The position numbers and the translations under genes are program-made. From a virus (lineage: Duplodnaviria > Caudoviricetes): 64,000 bases of DNA. The notes under the pieces are model-generated. The model saw only the letters and a list, made by a program, of their open reading frames with translations. It did no database searches and was not told where the DNA came from. The DNA lies in the IMG/VR virus record IMGVR_UViG_3300013426_000017, positions 111,407 to 175,406 of that record, one strand, 5' to 3'. Below, one piece after another: positions 32,001 to 46,043 of this stretch; positions within the stretch are counted from its first letter, which is position 1, and each line of letters opens with the position of its first letter.

Positions 32001-35000
32001 AGAATTGCTCACGAGACATACTTCTATTGCCCTGTAAGGCATAAAAATAAGTGTTACTATCATCAACCTGTAATACTGGGCTATCGCCAGAACCTAAATA
32101 ACCAACCTCCGGATTTGTAATAGAAATATATTTATATTGTTCATCCAAGTTGGATGCGATTAAAGGCCGCCTACCCTACATTGAATAACTCTTCGTAAAA
32201 GTAGGATCACAATTATAAATAGACTCAATAATTTCTACATTATTGAAAGGCGATACGGTTAATTTACCACCGAAATTATTACTTGGATTGCCCTTTAATT
32301 GACGATATTTCTCACGAATTAAATTAAAGTATGTAGCATAGAAATTATTCCATAAGACACTATCATTAGTTGAGAATGTACCATCATTTGTTGCATCAAT
32401 ATTATAATCAAATGATGGAATACCAGTATTATTAATACCTAATTGTGTATCCATATCATAGAAAATAGGATACCAAATATATTCACCGCCAGCCTCTTGA
32501 GGACCCCAAGAAGCCATCATACAGTTTTTACCACGAGAATCATAACATTCTAATACTTCAGTGATAATAAAATATGTCGCCAAATATTCTAAATTAAAAT
32601 GGTCTTCTAACTCATTTTTAAATTTAGCCAAGCGATATTCTTTTGTATCATAATTATAAGTCTTCTTACCATAGGTGACTGGCGCAGCCAGCTTCCATGC
32701 GTCATCAAACTCGGTCTATTCAATTGGCTCATAATAAATCTCACTGGCATCAAATGTATCTTCAGCTAATACATAAGTTCTGTCTTCCAAAGGTAAGGAT
32801 TCATTAGTGGTATAATATTTTGATGGCGCATAAACCTTAGCAGCGTCTATAGTAAGTTTAATACCACGATAATTGCCATCTTCTAAACAGAAATATATTA
32901 TTGTAGAATCAAAATTGCCTTGCGCCAAGGTATATTTATTAGCTTCTGTAGCTATATAATATTTATTAGATTCATATAATGCTTCTGCTAAATCTATTGG
33001 TGAATAACTATTCAAATCAGGTACACTAACTAAGGTGCCATCTCCTTTAAGATCGATCTTGGCATCAGTTGCAGTACTCCAAACCCAAGCAACCGCTTTT
33101 TCCCAATTGCCATATAATTCTAACAGCTTGGCGCGGCCCTCGTCTAAATTGGTAATATCAATACCCAAAATATTTTGAATATCCTCTTTAATTTCATTAC
33201 CGCTTGCGGCCGACGTATTTAAATCAACAAGGTAATCAATATAATCATCTAATGCATTATAACGATATTCAAATGAATCAGCTACAATAGGGGCATTAGA
33301 TGCAGTAAAACTATTTTTTACACCTGCTGGTGCAGCGAATGTTAATTCTCTACGATTCCAGGGATCGCGGAAAGAACAGAAACCACGCGAGTTATTTTCA
33401 AATTCCCAACATTCGGCAATGTCGTCCATACTCTTGTTATCATTAAATGCCGATAACACATTCAGTCCCTTAAAGCCATAAGCTTCATCAGCACCTTTAT
33501 CTAACAGCATATTATAACGACCAATAAATAGTGGTTCTTGATTGTTTTCTTTCATTGTTTTAGTTTGCCAGAATGCTAAAGTGGGGAAGCCCTAAGCCGA
33601 AGTGCGATAATCGCTTAAATTAGTTACTTCAGCCGTTTTATATGCGGGAATAAGTGTATACCATACGTTGGTACAATTTTCATTAGTATCAATCATAGTT
33701 TTTTCAACTTTTGAATAATTTGGTTCTGCACCAATGCCACCTAAAACCTTTTCTTGTCCAATAGAAATTGCATAGCCACGAGGACCTTTAGCAAAATCTT
33801 CTGCGGAAGCTAACGACTTTAATTCATCAACACTAGTATTTTTTAATGTACCCTTGTGATTATAATAATAATACACAGTATTAGGGTCGTATAAACTAGC
33901 ATCATTTTCCACTTTAGTCTATATCTAATTCTCAGTATCAACAACCGAAAACGCCCCAACCTTGTTATAATCTGCTAATGGATGGTGCGAATAGACATAG
34001 TTAACCAAATTCGCCAAACCCATATTATAAGAACCAGAAGACTCCATGTAATCAACTTTTAAGGTAAATTTATTGCAGCCCACAGTGTCATTATCGTAAT
34101 AGAACCATTTCAAACTTTTTTCTTTGTCTTGGACAAATGGTCCACGATTCATTTTCATTTTTCCCTTAGCCTTAGCCTTATAATTACGGCGTGGATAATA
34201 TTCAGAAGAAGTACCTTGTACACTCAAAGTCACACCTTCAGCCGACCAAGAAGGACAATGATGTTCATAATAATCAGCAATATCAACCTCGCCCGCGGCG
34301 ACATTTAGATCTCCACTAGCATAAGCAGCATCAAGACCGGTATTTACAAATTCCATATCTACAGTAATTGGAATAGATTTTTTCCAAGGTAAATTACCCT
34401 TAGATTGTACGTCAGAATCGTCTGTGGTAAATACAATATAAGGCATGATAGGGTCTGTTGTATGCTCATCATTATAGGCAATCATTTTATTATATGAGAA
34501 CTAGAATGGTTCATTAATATCATTATTTGTAATTGCTAAATTGGATAAATCCCAGGCTGTAGTATCCGTATTATCATAAGCCATATTTTGCAAAATTTGT
34601 GTTAAAGTTAAAGCCTAATCATATACACGGAATTTATATAAGTCAATATCACAATTTGTCGAATTAACAATTAGATTTTCAGTATCTATAATCCAACGAT
34701 TTGCCAGGGTAGATCGCGCCACGCTGGTCAAAACACCATTCAAATAGAATTTCATTAAGTTATCATTGCCAGAAACAGTACCACTACCTTTGTCATAAAC
34801 GATTGCAATATTTAAAATCTGATCTTCGACAAAATCAATAGCTACTGAATTGGTACCATTAGTAAAATAACCATCCTAAGCTCCTAAACAAATACCAGGA
34901 TTGGATTGTTCATTTTCGCCAGACTCAACTAAATACTTAATTACTGCCGTGTCTAAATTGTATTGGCGGCTTAGGCTAGCAAATTCCAAATCTTCATAAG

Positions 35001-36870
35001 TTGGAATAGTATTATCTGTTAAACGCAATTTTGGCAATATCATTGCCAAATAAGCATCATAACTTGAATAGCCCGTGGCACGTTGTGCTAAAAATTGCTC
35101 AAACACTTCATCATCTTTCCATCCTCTATTGATATTGCTATCACTAGGATTATCAACTACTTGGTATCGAGTATATGTAGTAATAATCTTATCATAATTT
35201 TGAATATTACTAATTTTCATTTTAAACTCTATGGTATGAGAAGACTTATTCTATCCTGCAAACGCCATAGAGCCAATAGGAAATGATACAGAAGCGCCGT
35301 TGCTAATTCTTAAACAGGTTGGACTATTATCTTCCATAATCCAACCATTGTTATACCAGTTAAAATTAGATAATGTTGCTTTTGAATCACGAATCTCAAT
35401 TACAGAACGCTTTTTCGCTGACTCAGAATTAGAACGACCACGAGCATCAAAATTAACAATGGCACCATCTACAATTCCCATATGTCTTTCATCTGGCAAA
35501 ACTGTAAATTCAGGAACTCGCTCCATGGCTTCATGTTCACCATCGCCGACACGAATTTGATATACTGTTGTTTGACCAGCAACCAAATTAGTTAACTCCC
35601 AAATTTCATAAGCAGTTTTATCTCTATCAACTGCACGGCCATCCTCGCCAGACACGTTCTTACTATTTTCATATAAGTATAAATGCATTACACTATTGTT
35701 AGGGTCATAAGCACGAATTGGAATAGCAGGTGTATCAAATTCATAATATGTTTTTTTAACATCACCGAACCAAATCAAAGGCTCTTGCTCATTAAGATAC
35801 AATCCTACTTCTCGCGTGATTACATCAGTGCCACTGCCACGAGTGCCATCAGATTTTACTAAACTTAATTTAGCTGAAATTGTGTGGCGACCATGATTAT
35901 AACTCGCTCCCAAGGCCACTCCTGTAGATTCATGCGTATCATAATCCACAATTTCACTTGCAGCACGCACATTTATCTCAACGTCGGTAGTTTTCTCATT
36001 CTCCATTTTACTATATATCAAATAGTCATCAAAATAGATATCTAATATTCTACGTGAACCGCCAAGGATTTGAACTGCAACAGTAAAATTATCGCGGAAA
36101 TATGATAAATTAGTAAATCGACTATTTATCCAGCTAATATCCATTGCATAAGTGGTCACATTACGAGAAACTTGGCCACCACCTACAAAGATGTTACCAG
36201 GACTACCTGATAAAACAAACATTAAATCTGTTGAAGTGGACTGGCGCAAATGTTCAGGCTTATAAATTAATGTTTGGCCATGCGCAACCTTAATCACTTC
36301 AGTATAATAAGGCTCAGTATCTTTAGCTGCCATATAAGTAATAGTCAACTTCATGTCTTCTGGATCAATTGGTTGGCCATCTTCAGTGGCTGAAGTTGCT
36401 GTAATACTGAAGGAGCACTCTTCGCCATTCAACAATTCAGTCTCACCTAAACTAGTAACAACTAAGCGACCGCGCACTTTTGAGCTGCCGTCATTGCCGC
36501 TACCAGCTAGCGCCAAACGATATACGGATAGCGAACCGTCTTCTTCATAACCCAATACTCTATAAAAACATTGGTCAGACTCGTTAATAACCAAATCGTC
36601 TTTTCGGGGCTAAATGATGTAATTTGCAAAAATTTCAGCGGGATTCATAATACTCATTTCGCCAGTGTTATCACCCAGCTCACTTGAGTCGAAACTAGCA
36701 TAAAAAATACCAGTATTTCCGCCACCCATTAAAATAAATTCATTGCCATCACTATAATAAATTTTATGAGTATCAATAGCAAACCACACTTTGCCCTCAT
36801 CAGGTGGCTCATTAAAAATAGAATCCTCTTTACCACGAATCGGTATAAATGGAACTTTACTATTTAGCAT
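29044..36870 (-). CDS. Giant (2608 aa) virion-region protein with LamG-like, CotH-kinase-like and LRR domains
   Basis: Fourteen track ORFs from 36610 to 29494 share one frame and are separated by TAG. CotH-like motifs QGTSS..YPRRNYK, TLKVDYMESS, GRYN, WEFENN, DSRGKN, PIFYDMDT.LG. C-terminal BspA-like LRRs (IDTGAF..C..L, IGAFAF). Confidence 0.8.
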
Positions 36871-36896
36871 AAACCTTCTCCTTTCTATCCTTATAA

Positions 36897-36929
36897 TAAA
36901 AAATCGGGACAAGGAAAAATCCTTGTCCC
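36897..36929 (-). terminator. Intrinsic terminator-like hairpin
   Basis: Minus strand GGGACAAGGA-TTTT-TCCTTGTCCC followed by GATTTTTT. Confidence 0.7.
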
Positions 36930-36993
36930 AATCGAAAATTTTCCTCATAGAATTTTAAATAATTCTATAAATTAATTAATGTGTTTTGTCCAA

Positions 36994-39294
36994 TTATGTG
37001 AAATCATCCCATACTAAATCAATTAAATAACTTACGTCAGTATCTGAAGCAGACGTATTAGAAATAGTTAAGTTCGAAGAAGTTAATGAATAATTAAACG
37101 AATTTCGTTCCTTAGTATTAATCTTTAATGCTTGGTGGAATTTTAATACATTATTCTCTAATGTGCTAGAAAGAGTGTAGTCAATTACTTGCTCTGTAGG
37201 CAGGGTTAACTCATGTGCCCCAATGCTAGTTACATGACCAGCTTTATCAACTTGTACCACAGGAACAGAGAATGAGCCATTAAATCCTAAATTAGAATCT
37301 TCGCTTGGGCCATAAGCCACACTATCATTTAACGAATCTTTTGTAGTATGGGCAAACTCAATTTTCTTATCTTTAGCATCATCAGCACTGGTCTTAATAG
37401 TTATATATTTGTCACCAGTTAATGAAATCAAATCTTGCTCACTAGCATTCGACCACAAAGCCAATGCAGTATTCTCATTACTCGTAGTTAATTTATAAGT
37501 AGTATTATTGTTTTCATATTCTGGCAACTGGACAGTATTTGTATGCACATTAGTGATATGGCCTTGCGCATCATAAACGACAACCGGAATTTTAAATGTT
37601 CCCTCAGCCTGTGGAGTTTGAGCATCATCAAGACTCGATCCTGCTGCAATTGTATTTGTATGGCCAATGGAAAATACGGCCTTATTGCTTCCATCAGGCT
37701 GCGCCACATCCACAGAAGAAACTTTTAAGCCATCACTAATTTGAATAGGCTCGCCATCTTTATCAGCGGTCAAATTATGTAAAATAATATTACTATTTGC
37801 TACATCCGCACGTAAGGCGTATTGAGTATCAATCTCATCACCAGATGGAATAATATCAAAATCAGTATAGGCAGGCGCTTCATTTTCGCCCTTATCCGCG
37901 CCCTTATAAATTACCAAATCGCCAGCATCAATCGAAATATTAATTTGTGTGCCAGGTGGCGTGTAAATAAATGATTCAGCTGCTTTATAGGTATCACCAG
38001 TTTGAATACCACCCAAACCATCAGGGAATTGATCTTGAGTTAAGACACCCTTATAGGTCATAGCGTCCATGTCTGCCTTAGCCTTAACAATTAACGCATC
38101 AACGGCCTTTTTAGAATAAATCTCGCCTAACGAGCCCTGATTATTAATTGTTTTTAAATTATGACCATTTTCGGCATCATCATATATATCCGCTGTAAAT
38201 CCAATACTTGCGGCAGGAATGGTTGCTTCTTCATTCTCTTTATCGCTACCATTTTGCTAATGTTTCAAGGTTAATTGAATATTACCAGATTCATCTACTG
38301 CGCCAGTGTGTGAGCCAAATTGATAAGTATGAACCGTATCGGGAATATCTAATTGGGTAGACTTGGCATTTGAAATATGGCCCTGAGAATCTACAGTAAA
38401 CTGAGGCACAGTAAGAGCGCCTGACTTAAATGTAGCTTCATATTCTTGTGCCGTGACTCCAGAATCCTTGTGACCAATCTTAATTGAATTAATTTCCTCG
38501 GTAGCGATTTCGATTTGGTCTATACCCTCTATAGATACCACATCTTCACTACCGCCACCTTGAGGCTTTAATTTAATCGTACTAATATTATTGGATACTG
38601 GTGCTTCAAGGTCATATTTAGTATCTGTCGCACCAATAACAAAAATATTATCGTTTACAGTGTCCTTTTTAACAGATACACTTCCGCTACCTTTAATAGT
38701 AACATTTTGGTCGCTATTAGCACCGCTACCCTCTGCACTTAAAACAAGGCCGTCTTTTTCTGCGGTCTCAGTCGCCGCTACACCAACAGAAACATTTGTA
38801 ACTATTGAAGTTAAATCGTTCTGTGAAATGGTTAATTGTCCAGTAGCAGAATGAGACTTTTCTGTATCTTTATTGCTAAGAGCATTCCACTCATGGCTTG
38901 TTATATTAATATCATAAACCAATTGGTCGTTGTTGGACTTAGTGTTCTTGTTTACGGTAATACTTTCAATACGGGTATCTGTATCTTGATTCGTATCAGG
39001 GTTTATTTGCACCCACTCACCATCAGGTTTGGCATTAGTTTTAGCGAAAGTACATAAAATATTCTTATCGCTTAAATAATAAAACTGACCCTCAACCTTG
39101 GGGACAGTAGAATTCTCACGAAACACTTCATCATAAGTATAAAATTTAATGCTTTGATTCAGCAATTCAAGTTTATTATTCGCGCCACCAACGTATAGTC
39201 TATTAGTATCAGTGGTTAAATAAAAAGCACCATCTACAATATTACTGCTAGGCAAATTCGCTTGTAGACCGCGTTTAAAACTTACACTTGCCAT
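36994..39294 (-). CDS. Tail fibre protein (766 aa, 2 TAG)
   Basis: N-terminus SFKRGLQANLP...DGAFYLTTDTNRLYVG. Three VP...D..GH(I/V) repeats. AMTYKG..GDTYK..GDLVI. Confidence 0.75.
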
Positions 39295-39313
39295 ATGTAA
39301 TTTCCTCCTTCAG

Positions 39314-40048
39314 TTATTCCGTCATGTCAACCCATTGTAAACGAGTATCAAGATCATTCATACGCGAGTTTATATTACTCTGCATGGTTTCCAAATTACC
39401 AACACGAGTAATCAACTTAGTAGTTGCATCGCCATCAGTGGTAATCCAATCCTGAATCTCTTTCAATGTGTCAAATGCTTCAGATGCGCCACCAACAAGA
39501 TTTGTTACCTCCTGCTTAATAACTTGGCGGAATGAGCCTTCAGTATTCTCATCACCGTCAATTCTACCAACAGTAGTAATCAGGCCAGGGATCGCATTAA
39601 TCTACTCCTCAGTTAAATTAACTACAGGAACCTCAGCCCAGCTACCGTCGCCACGCAAGAATTTATTTTGGTCTCCTGCTTGTGGCGCCGGCACTAATCC
39701 AGCCTTGCCAGCCGTCTCAGCAGTCGCGCCAGCCATTACCTCAGCAACAATCTCATCAATGGAACGATTAACCCATTTTCCCGATGCCGCGTCATAAGAC
39801 AATATATCTTTATCTTTAACGCCTGCTTCAGACATAAGAACATTTTTTAAATCGCCTAAATCTAATTCTGTAGTAGTGCTACCGCCGCTTGTTCCAGTAA
39901 TAATCTATTTATTGCCTAACCAGAGTGAACCTTTACTAGCATCCTCAGAATTATAGATAAAATACAGGGTATCCTTATCTTTTGTTGTAAGTTTGTTAAA
40001 TGCGCTTTCAGTGCCGCGCAAAAATTTTACATAACTACCATTAGCCAT
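39314..40048 (-). CDS. Tail-fibre-associated protein (244 aa, 2 TAG)
   Basis: YVKFLRGT...DTLYF, L.DL.NV...DIL.YD...KW.N, GLVPAP..D..KFLRGDG.W, A.EAFDTLKEI.DWI. Confidence 0.72.
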
Positions 40049-40085
40049 TTATAAAATCTCCCCTTTCTAATATATTTCAAAAAAT

Positions 40086-40118
40086 AAATAGGCCGATTAA
40101 CTAGTTTCGGCCTATTTG
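40086..40118. terminator. Hairpin overlapping a copy of the promoter motif
   Basis: AAATAGGCCGA...TCGGCCTATTT inverted repeat. Confidence 0.6.
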
Positions 40119-42178
40119 TTTTCTAATGAATTAAATACGAGTGGCTACAATGTTCGACTATATGATGCAATTTTCTATAGTGGTTTTATTCGCTTTAACT
40201 CAGGACCGTCATCATCCACTTTATAATAAATATAATATTGAGTTAGTTGCGTGTTATCTTCACTGGCTTTAATATAGGCAAAACCATTTGAATCACCCTT
40301 GCGAGCACGAATTACTGGTGCTTCGTCACTTATCAAGTCTGCTGGCACATTTATCGAAATACTGCTCAAGCTTGTATAATGTCGACCTTGATATTCGTAA
40401 TACAAAAATGCATCACCATAATCAGCGTTAGTATCAAAATTCGATGGGGAATATTTATAAACACCATCAGAATCCGCAATAAACCAATATTTCTTTGTGC
40501 CAATCCAATATACAATTGCTTTATAATCTTTTTCGGCCTTAATCGTAATATTATCTTTATAATAAACAATATCATAATAGTTATCCTATGACTTGGATGT
40601 TAGTTGATTGCCCAATGATTGCCATGTGGAAGAAGCCCAGCCAACTGGCGCCGCCACATTACTTGCACTAGGAAATACTAACTTATTTGCAAATTGATTT
40701 TCGAATGTTAAGGGCTGCGTAGAACCAGATGAGAGGCTAAAACTATTAAAGCTCTATGGTAATAAGCCTTTATAATTATCCACAAATGAAAAATAATTCT
40801 CATAAGTCACAAACGAATCACTTGTGATCCAATCACTACTGGCCCCAGCATAATTACTTTTAGCTAATAGTGTTGTGCCGCCAACAAACGTCTACAATTT
40901 AATTTTATACACTGGCATCGTTACGATAGTATGCTAATCATTATCCATACTAATAATACTCTTTATCGAACTATTTGGAATCGCTACCTAACTACCAAAT
41001 TTGTCTCTGTAGTTAGAACCGGTATATAATGAATTCCAACTAATAGTTCCACCAGTATTAGTTGCTAAATCAATACTGCGATCATCTAATGCAATTAACT
41101 AAACAGAATAAGTATTAGCTGCTGCATTAAAAAACGTAACATTGTCGGTTCCTCGACCAGACAAGCGATATGTGAAATATTTAGTACTATCACGTTCCGA
41201 TTGATAAGGACCATGCAACATATGCCAAGCATCGCCTTGCTAAACATACAATAAACGCCTTTTCAGATTCTCGTCCTCTATCATTGATTTAGGCACATCA
41301 ATACTCATACCGCTGTAACCATGAGGACCTTGAAATGCATGTGTGTATCGAGTCGCGTAGTCATAAGGTGCCATTAATATTGTATCTTCCGTAGGGACAA
41401 AATGATCTAATAGTGCCCCTATTGGATACAAATCAGTATCTTTAGTAACATTTATAGTGGCGCCGGGCGCTATGCGTTCGCTATCCGGTCGTCTATATAA
41501 TTTATCACTCGGTTTAGTTGCCCAAGTTACAAAATATGCACTTTGATTTTTCCAGTGTTCTTTAAGTGTCGTGCCAGCAATCTTATAACTAGCAGGATCG
41601 ATCGCTTTATAGCTACCTGGCACAACCTCCTGAGTAACCATAGGCTCTAAACCATTAAATTGCATATATCGCAACTTTAACGCTGAAGTATCATAATCTA
41701 ACCAAATTTCAGGATACCAACTAGTTGTAATAGATAACTAACACTCAATAGCATTGGGCGAATATAAACAAATATAATAGGTCTTGCCTGGTTCAACTAC
41801 AGTATTAAATGTAACGTTCACAGTAGTCTCACCATCTAATTTATCTATTAGATGAGTAGCTTCTGTCAAATATTGGTTATTATTGCCTATAGTGCGCCAA
41901 CCAACTGGGGTGTCATTCGAGGGCGCTGCCTCACATAAAAATCCTTTAAGACTACCAGAACCAAGCCATGTTCCTTGCAAACGTAGCCATAAAGAACGAA
42001 CCTTTGTAATTCTTACCCCATTAGCACTATTAGGCACATTAAATCTAAACACACCAACAGTGTAAGCACCATTTTTATAGCCAATTGGGCTGGCGCTTGT
42101 AGAAAAACTACTCGTGCCAAACTAATGCTCATAATTAGGAACCCTACTGTGGGACCAACCAGCTTGAGTCCAACTCAT
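40097..42178 (-). CDS. Putative receptor-binding/virion protein (693 aa, many TAG)
   Basis: Track fragments 41738-42052, 41240-41674 and 40175-40405 are in frame with ATG 42178. Confidence 0.65.
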
Positions 42179-42192
42179 TGAACCCAACCCCC

Positions 42193-43257
42193 TTACGAAT
42201 CAACAGGGATGAAAAATATTGTCCCTGCTGGGAGAGAAGTTAAATTTTCATCATTAAGAGTTATTGCACCAGTGCTACTGTTCTTTGTATACTGGCCTTG
42301 ACTCAAAATGTATGGCTTACCAGTATTTGATACCAGCGTCTAAACATGCTTATACAAAACTGCTTGATTTGACACCAGATTACCAGTAGCATTAGAAGTA
42401 ATAACACCAGTAACTTCAGTATCGTTCTCAATAGTCACTTTACTATTAGATGTACTTGCAGCAGATAGAGTCAATGTAACATTACCCAAATTATCTTTTG
42501 CCGAATTAACATTACCACCATTAGACCAAGATATTGCGCCAGTCATGGAATTACCACCATTAGACATCAAATATTCCAGGCTTAATCTGCCATCACCGGG
42601 ATCACTATCTAAATTTAAATATTTAGTAGCCCACTGCGCTTGATCGCTATTTATTGCATCCCAATCAATACCACTTAATACTTGATACAAACCATCTTCT
42701 GGCAGCGTCTTACCACCTGCTTGTATCTTGGCTAAATTTTCTTTGTTAGATGCGAATTCAACATTCTTATTACGATTATTAGAGCCATATAATATATTAA
42801 ATACTTGGCCAACAGCCTCGCCAAATATTGGTAAATTAAAATTCAACGGAATACTATATTTACCATTAGCATCGTAGCCGCCTTCACCCAGTGAAATAGA
42901 ATATTCAGAACCTCCAGCGACATCACCATTAAACACATTAGATGGATTAAAATATTCCGCGCCATAATTTTTTTCGTCGCCAATGCTAATTTGAGTTGTA
43001 GCGCCATCCAATATTGCCACGCGCTCATAGTCGTAGATACCATTTTTCATAACCTTGCGCCATGCTTCATTATGACCATCGTTTTCACCAACAGATTCAA
43101 TAAGAACATAACGGCCAAGAAATACGCCATCGCTTTGTGCTTTAGCTTGGCGCGCACTGTCAGTTGCAAAATCGCTACGAGAATATGTGCGATCATAGAA
43201 ATATAAATCACCGATACCGCCGGGGGTAATTGTATTACCATAAATACTATTCATCAA
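42193..43257 (-). CDS. Tail/baseplate protein (354 aa, 1 TAG)
   Basis: F.YDR.Y...SDGVFLGRYVLI. Reads through TAG 42340 to TAA 42193. Confidence 0.7.
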
Positions 43258-43604
43258 TTAACCCCCTCATAAATTACATCTATAATTAAATAACCAGTAG
43301 AAGGCATATTAGAATCAAAATAGGGAAGTAATGTATTCTCAATTACATCAAGTTTACCCAATGTGGCGCCGGTTGCCTCTACATCTAGCTCATAGGTTCC
43401 ACTTGGCCCTATAATAATATTTGGCGCATTTACACTATTATCATTTATATTAAATTCAACGCCGGGCATTGTTTGAATACCGATACGTTTAATCGTACCA
43501 CTTGGCCAATTATTGAATGTAATCTAATTATTAGCTAACGAAACACCCGAATTATTTGTATCATCGGCGCCGAAATATCTATACTATTTAAATTTCAATG
43601 CCAT
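43254..43604 (-). CDS. Small tail protein (116 aa, 2 TAG)
   Basis: MALKFK[TAG]YRYFG...IGIQTMPGVEF.IN...IIIGPSGTYEL. RBS AGGAGG. Confidence 0.7.
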
Positions 43605-43620
43605 AACGCCTTTACCTCCT

Positions 43621-46029
43621 TTAATAAATTGTATTTACGACTTTTGTCGCAGTTATTGACATCGTTCCATTATAGGTTAATGGAACAGTTAATTTACCTA
43701 CTAAATAATCTCCATTAATACCTCTATCATTATCCACAATTTCAATCTTGGTATTTACATCTAAATAATAAATTGGAATTGAGGTAATAGATATACTTTC
43801 TGAAATAAATGCATTATCATTTAATAATGTAGTTAATGCTTCTTTCGCGTTTTTTCCCATTGATGAGACCTTGAACATTTCTTCCATAGAGCGATTGATT
43901 AATAGAGGAGTATAACCAGTCATTGTCTTATTATAATCTTCATCTATAAATACAAATAAAACGTTCGGAGCTTCCTCATAATATATAGATTTTACTTTTG
44001 CATCATTAACAGCTTTTGCCCTATCCCCTAAACGTTGGATAGAGAATTTTGCCATCTCGCCTTCATCGCAAAAATCTAACCAATAGTTAATAGCAGTTGG
44101 ATTATCAAATACATCAACATGCCATTTTGCAGCAGACTAATTCTATTTCTTAATCGGACAATAATAGGTCGTTTTTGACTCGTAACCCTAGTCCGCCCCT
44201 ACTCGAATGTAATTAGCGCCAAGGTCTTCGGTATTTACCGTATATAATTGGTTCTTGCGCTCATTAAAATTATCAGCAGTTACTTCCGCACGTTCCATCA
44301 CCCACTCATCTTCTGGGAGATAGATCTAGCGCCAAAATGCTTGCATATCTTGATAGAATGGTTCATAGCCTGTATAACCAGTAGGATAATAGTCAGGATT
44401 AGCTTGCGCCACTCGCGCCAAGAAATCATCCTCTTGATTACAATGATAATAATCTTCTGCCATTTGATAAATCAATTCACGCCAATCATAACCGTCATTA
44501 CCAGCTATTTCATTACTTTTATATGTGGTGCCGCCAGGTCGTATGGACGTATAAACCTGCGGTTTCTCAGAAATGGCGAACCTATAATGAACAGGCACAT
44601 TGCTACCATTCACACTTGGTCTTGTTCCCCAGACCGAATAATCATTTTTAATCTTTGTAATCTGAGGAGTGATAGACATTTGCGTAAACAATTCACTATT
44701 CTAGTAGTTATAACTTTGTAATTGCTGCATTAGCTCGGTATTAAAAATAATGTCTGACTTTAATACGCCATTAACATTCCGTTCGGAGCGCTTTGAGGCG
44801 ACCGTCGCCAGCCCTAATGCTTCAGTCTAGATTTGTGACCTTTTCTTCTAGAATATAAAATGTCCATCAAGGTCATAGAAATATTCATAGTTACCAAATG
44901 TTTTAGTAATATTATCTAAAATGCTTGTAATAGAGGCGCCAACTACGCCTTTTAAATCGCCAGGATAAACCAATGGCGTAGCATGATAACCAATCAAATC
45001 ACCATAGGAAAATTTCATCAAGAACAATGCATCAGTATTATCAAATGGGTCAGCTACTAGACTAAATTCATTGAAATCACTACCAGCATCTAAGGTATTT
45101 AATACCAAGAATTTAAAATTTTCATTCTGGCTTAATGAGTATAATGTGGCGCCTTCCTCATTAATACGCTCGTAAGTTCCCGTAGCGTCATCCCATTGAA
45201 CAGGAAACACAACCATTTCATCATCCAGCACTAAGTTCTCAACCTCATTGGTTGATTTACGAACAAGCATATACATAGTCTTATCGCCACGATACTCCCA
45301 TAACTCAACGCCATTCTAATCAATATCTTGAATAATAATATTATGATATGGCTCATTACCGTAAACATGAACTAACTCTTTAATAATGTCGCCAATCCAA
45401 ATCTTCGTCTGAGTTGAATTCATAATCTGCTCATAATAGGTAATATCTTCAAGCCATCCGTCGCCAGACGACTCATCTAATATATAATCATCGCCAGATG
45501 CAACATAATACTCACCAGGTCGCCATGTCTCAGAATTAACCTCTATTGGTTCGTAGGAATAGCTAATTTCTTCCACCTTATCAAAATCAATTGATAAAGC
45601 GGGGAGCGCGCCACCTACATCGCCATTCAGCAAGCACATCTTATCCTTGCCTTGTAGGTTAATAGTGTAACCATTAGTTGAGATAGATGAACTATAACTA
45701 GTGCATACATAAATACCTTGCTTAAACCAGATTATTTGCGGCGCGCCCTGGTTCTTGTCCGTCCCAAAAAATGGATTCTCAAGGCCAACTTCAAAACTAA
45801 ACTTGCTATGTATGCCCCATTGATAGGCTGATGTGTCTAATACCGAGGACACCATGCTAAATGAGCAAGAGCGCCGAACTGCCGAGGCCCCATCAACATT
45901 AATGGAGCCTGACGTGATTCGACCTTCAATCGTCTCAATGGGCGATTCATCTAAATTTAATAAAATTACCCTAGCATATACAGTATGTAACCGATGCTTA
46001 ATAACTTCATTTAAAAAATCATAATTCAA
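43621..46029 (-). CDS. Baseplate hub/tail-tip-like protein (802 aa, multiple TAG)
   Basis: Four in-frame fragments. GSINVDGASAVRRSC, WFKQGIY, YEYFYDLDGHFIF, IKNDYSVWG, SIPIYYLDVNTKI..G.Y...L...GTMSI. Confidence 0.7.
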
Positions 46030-46043
46030 ACGAATTCGCCTCC

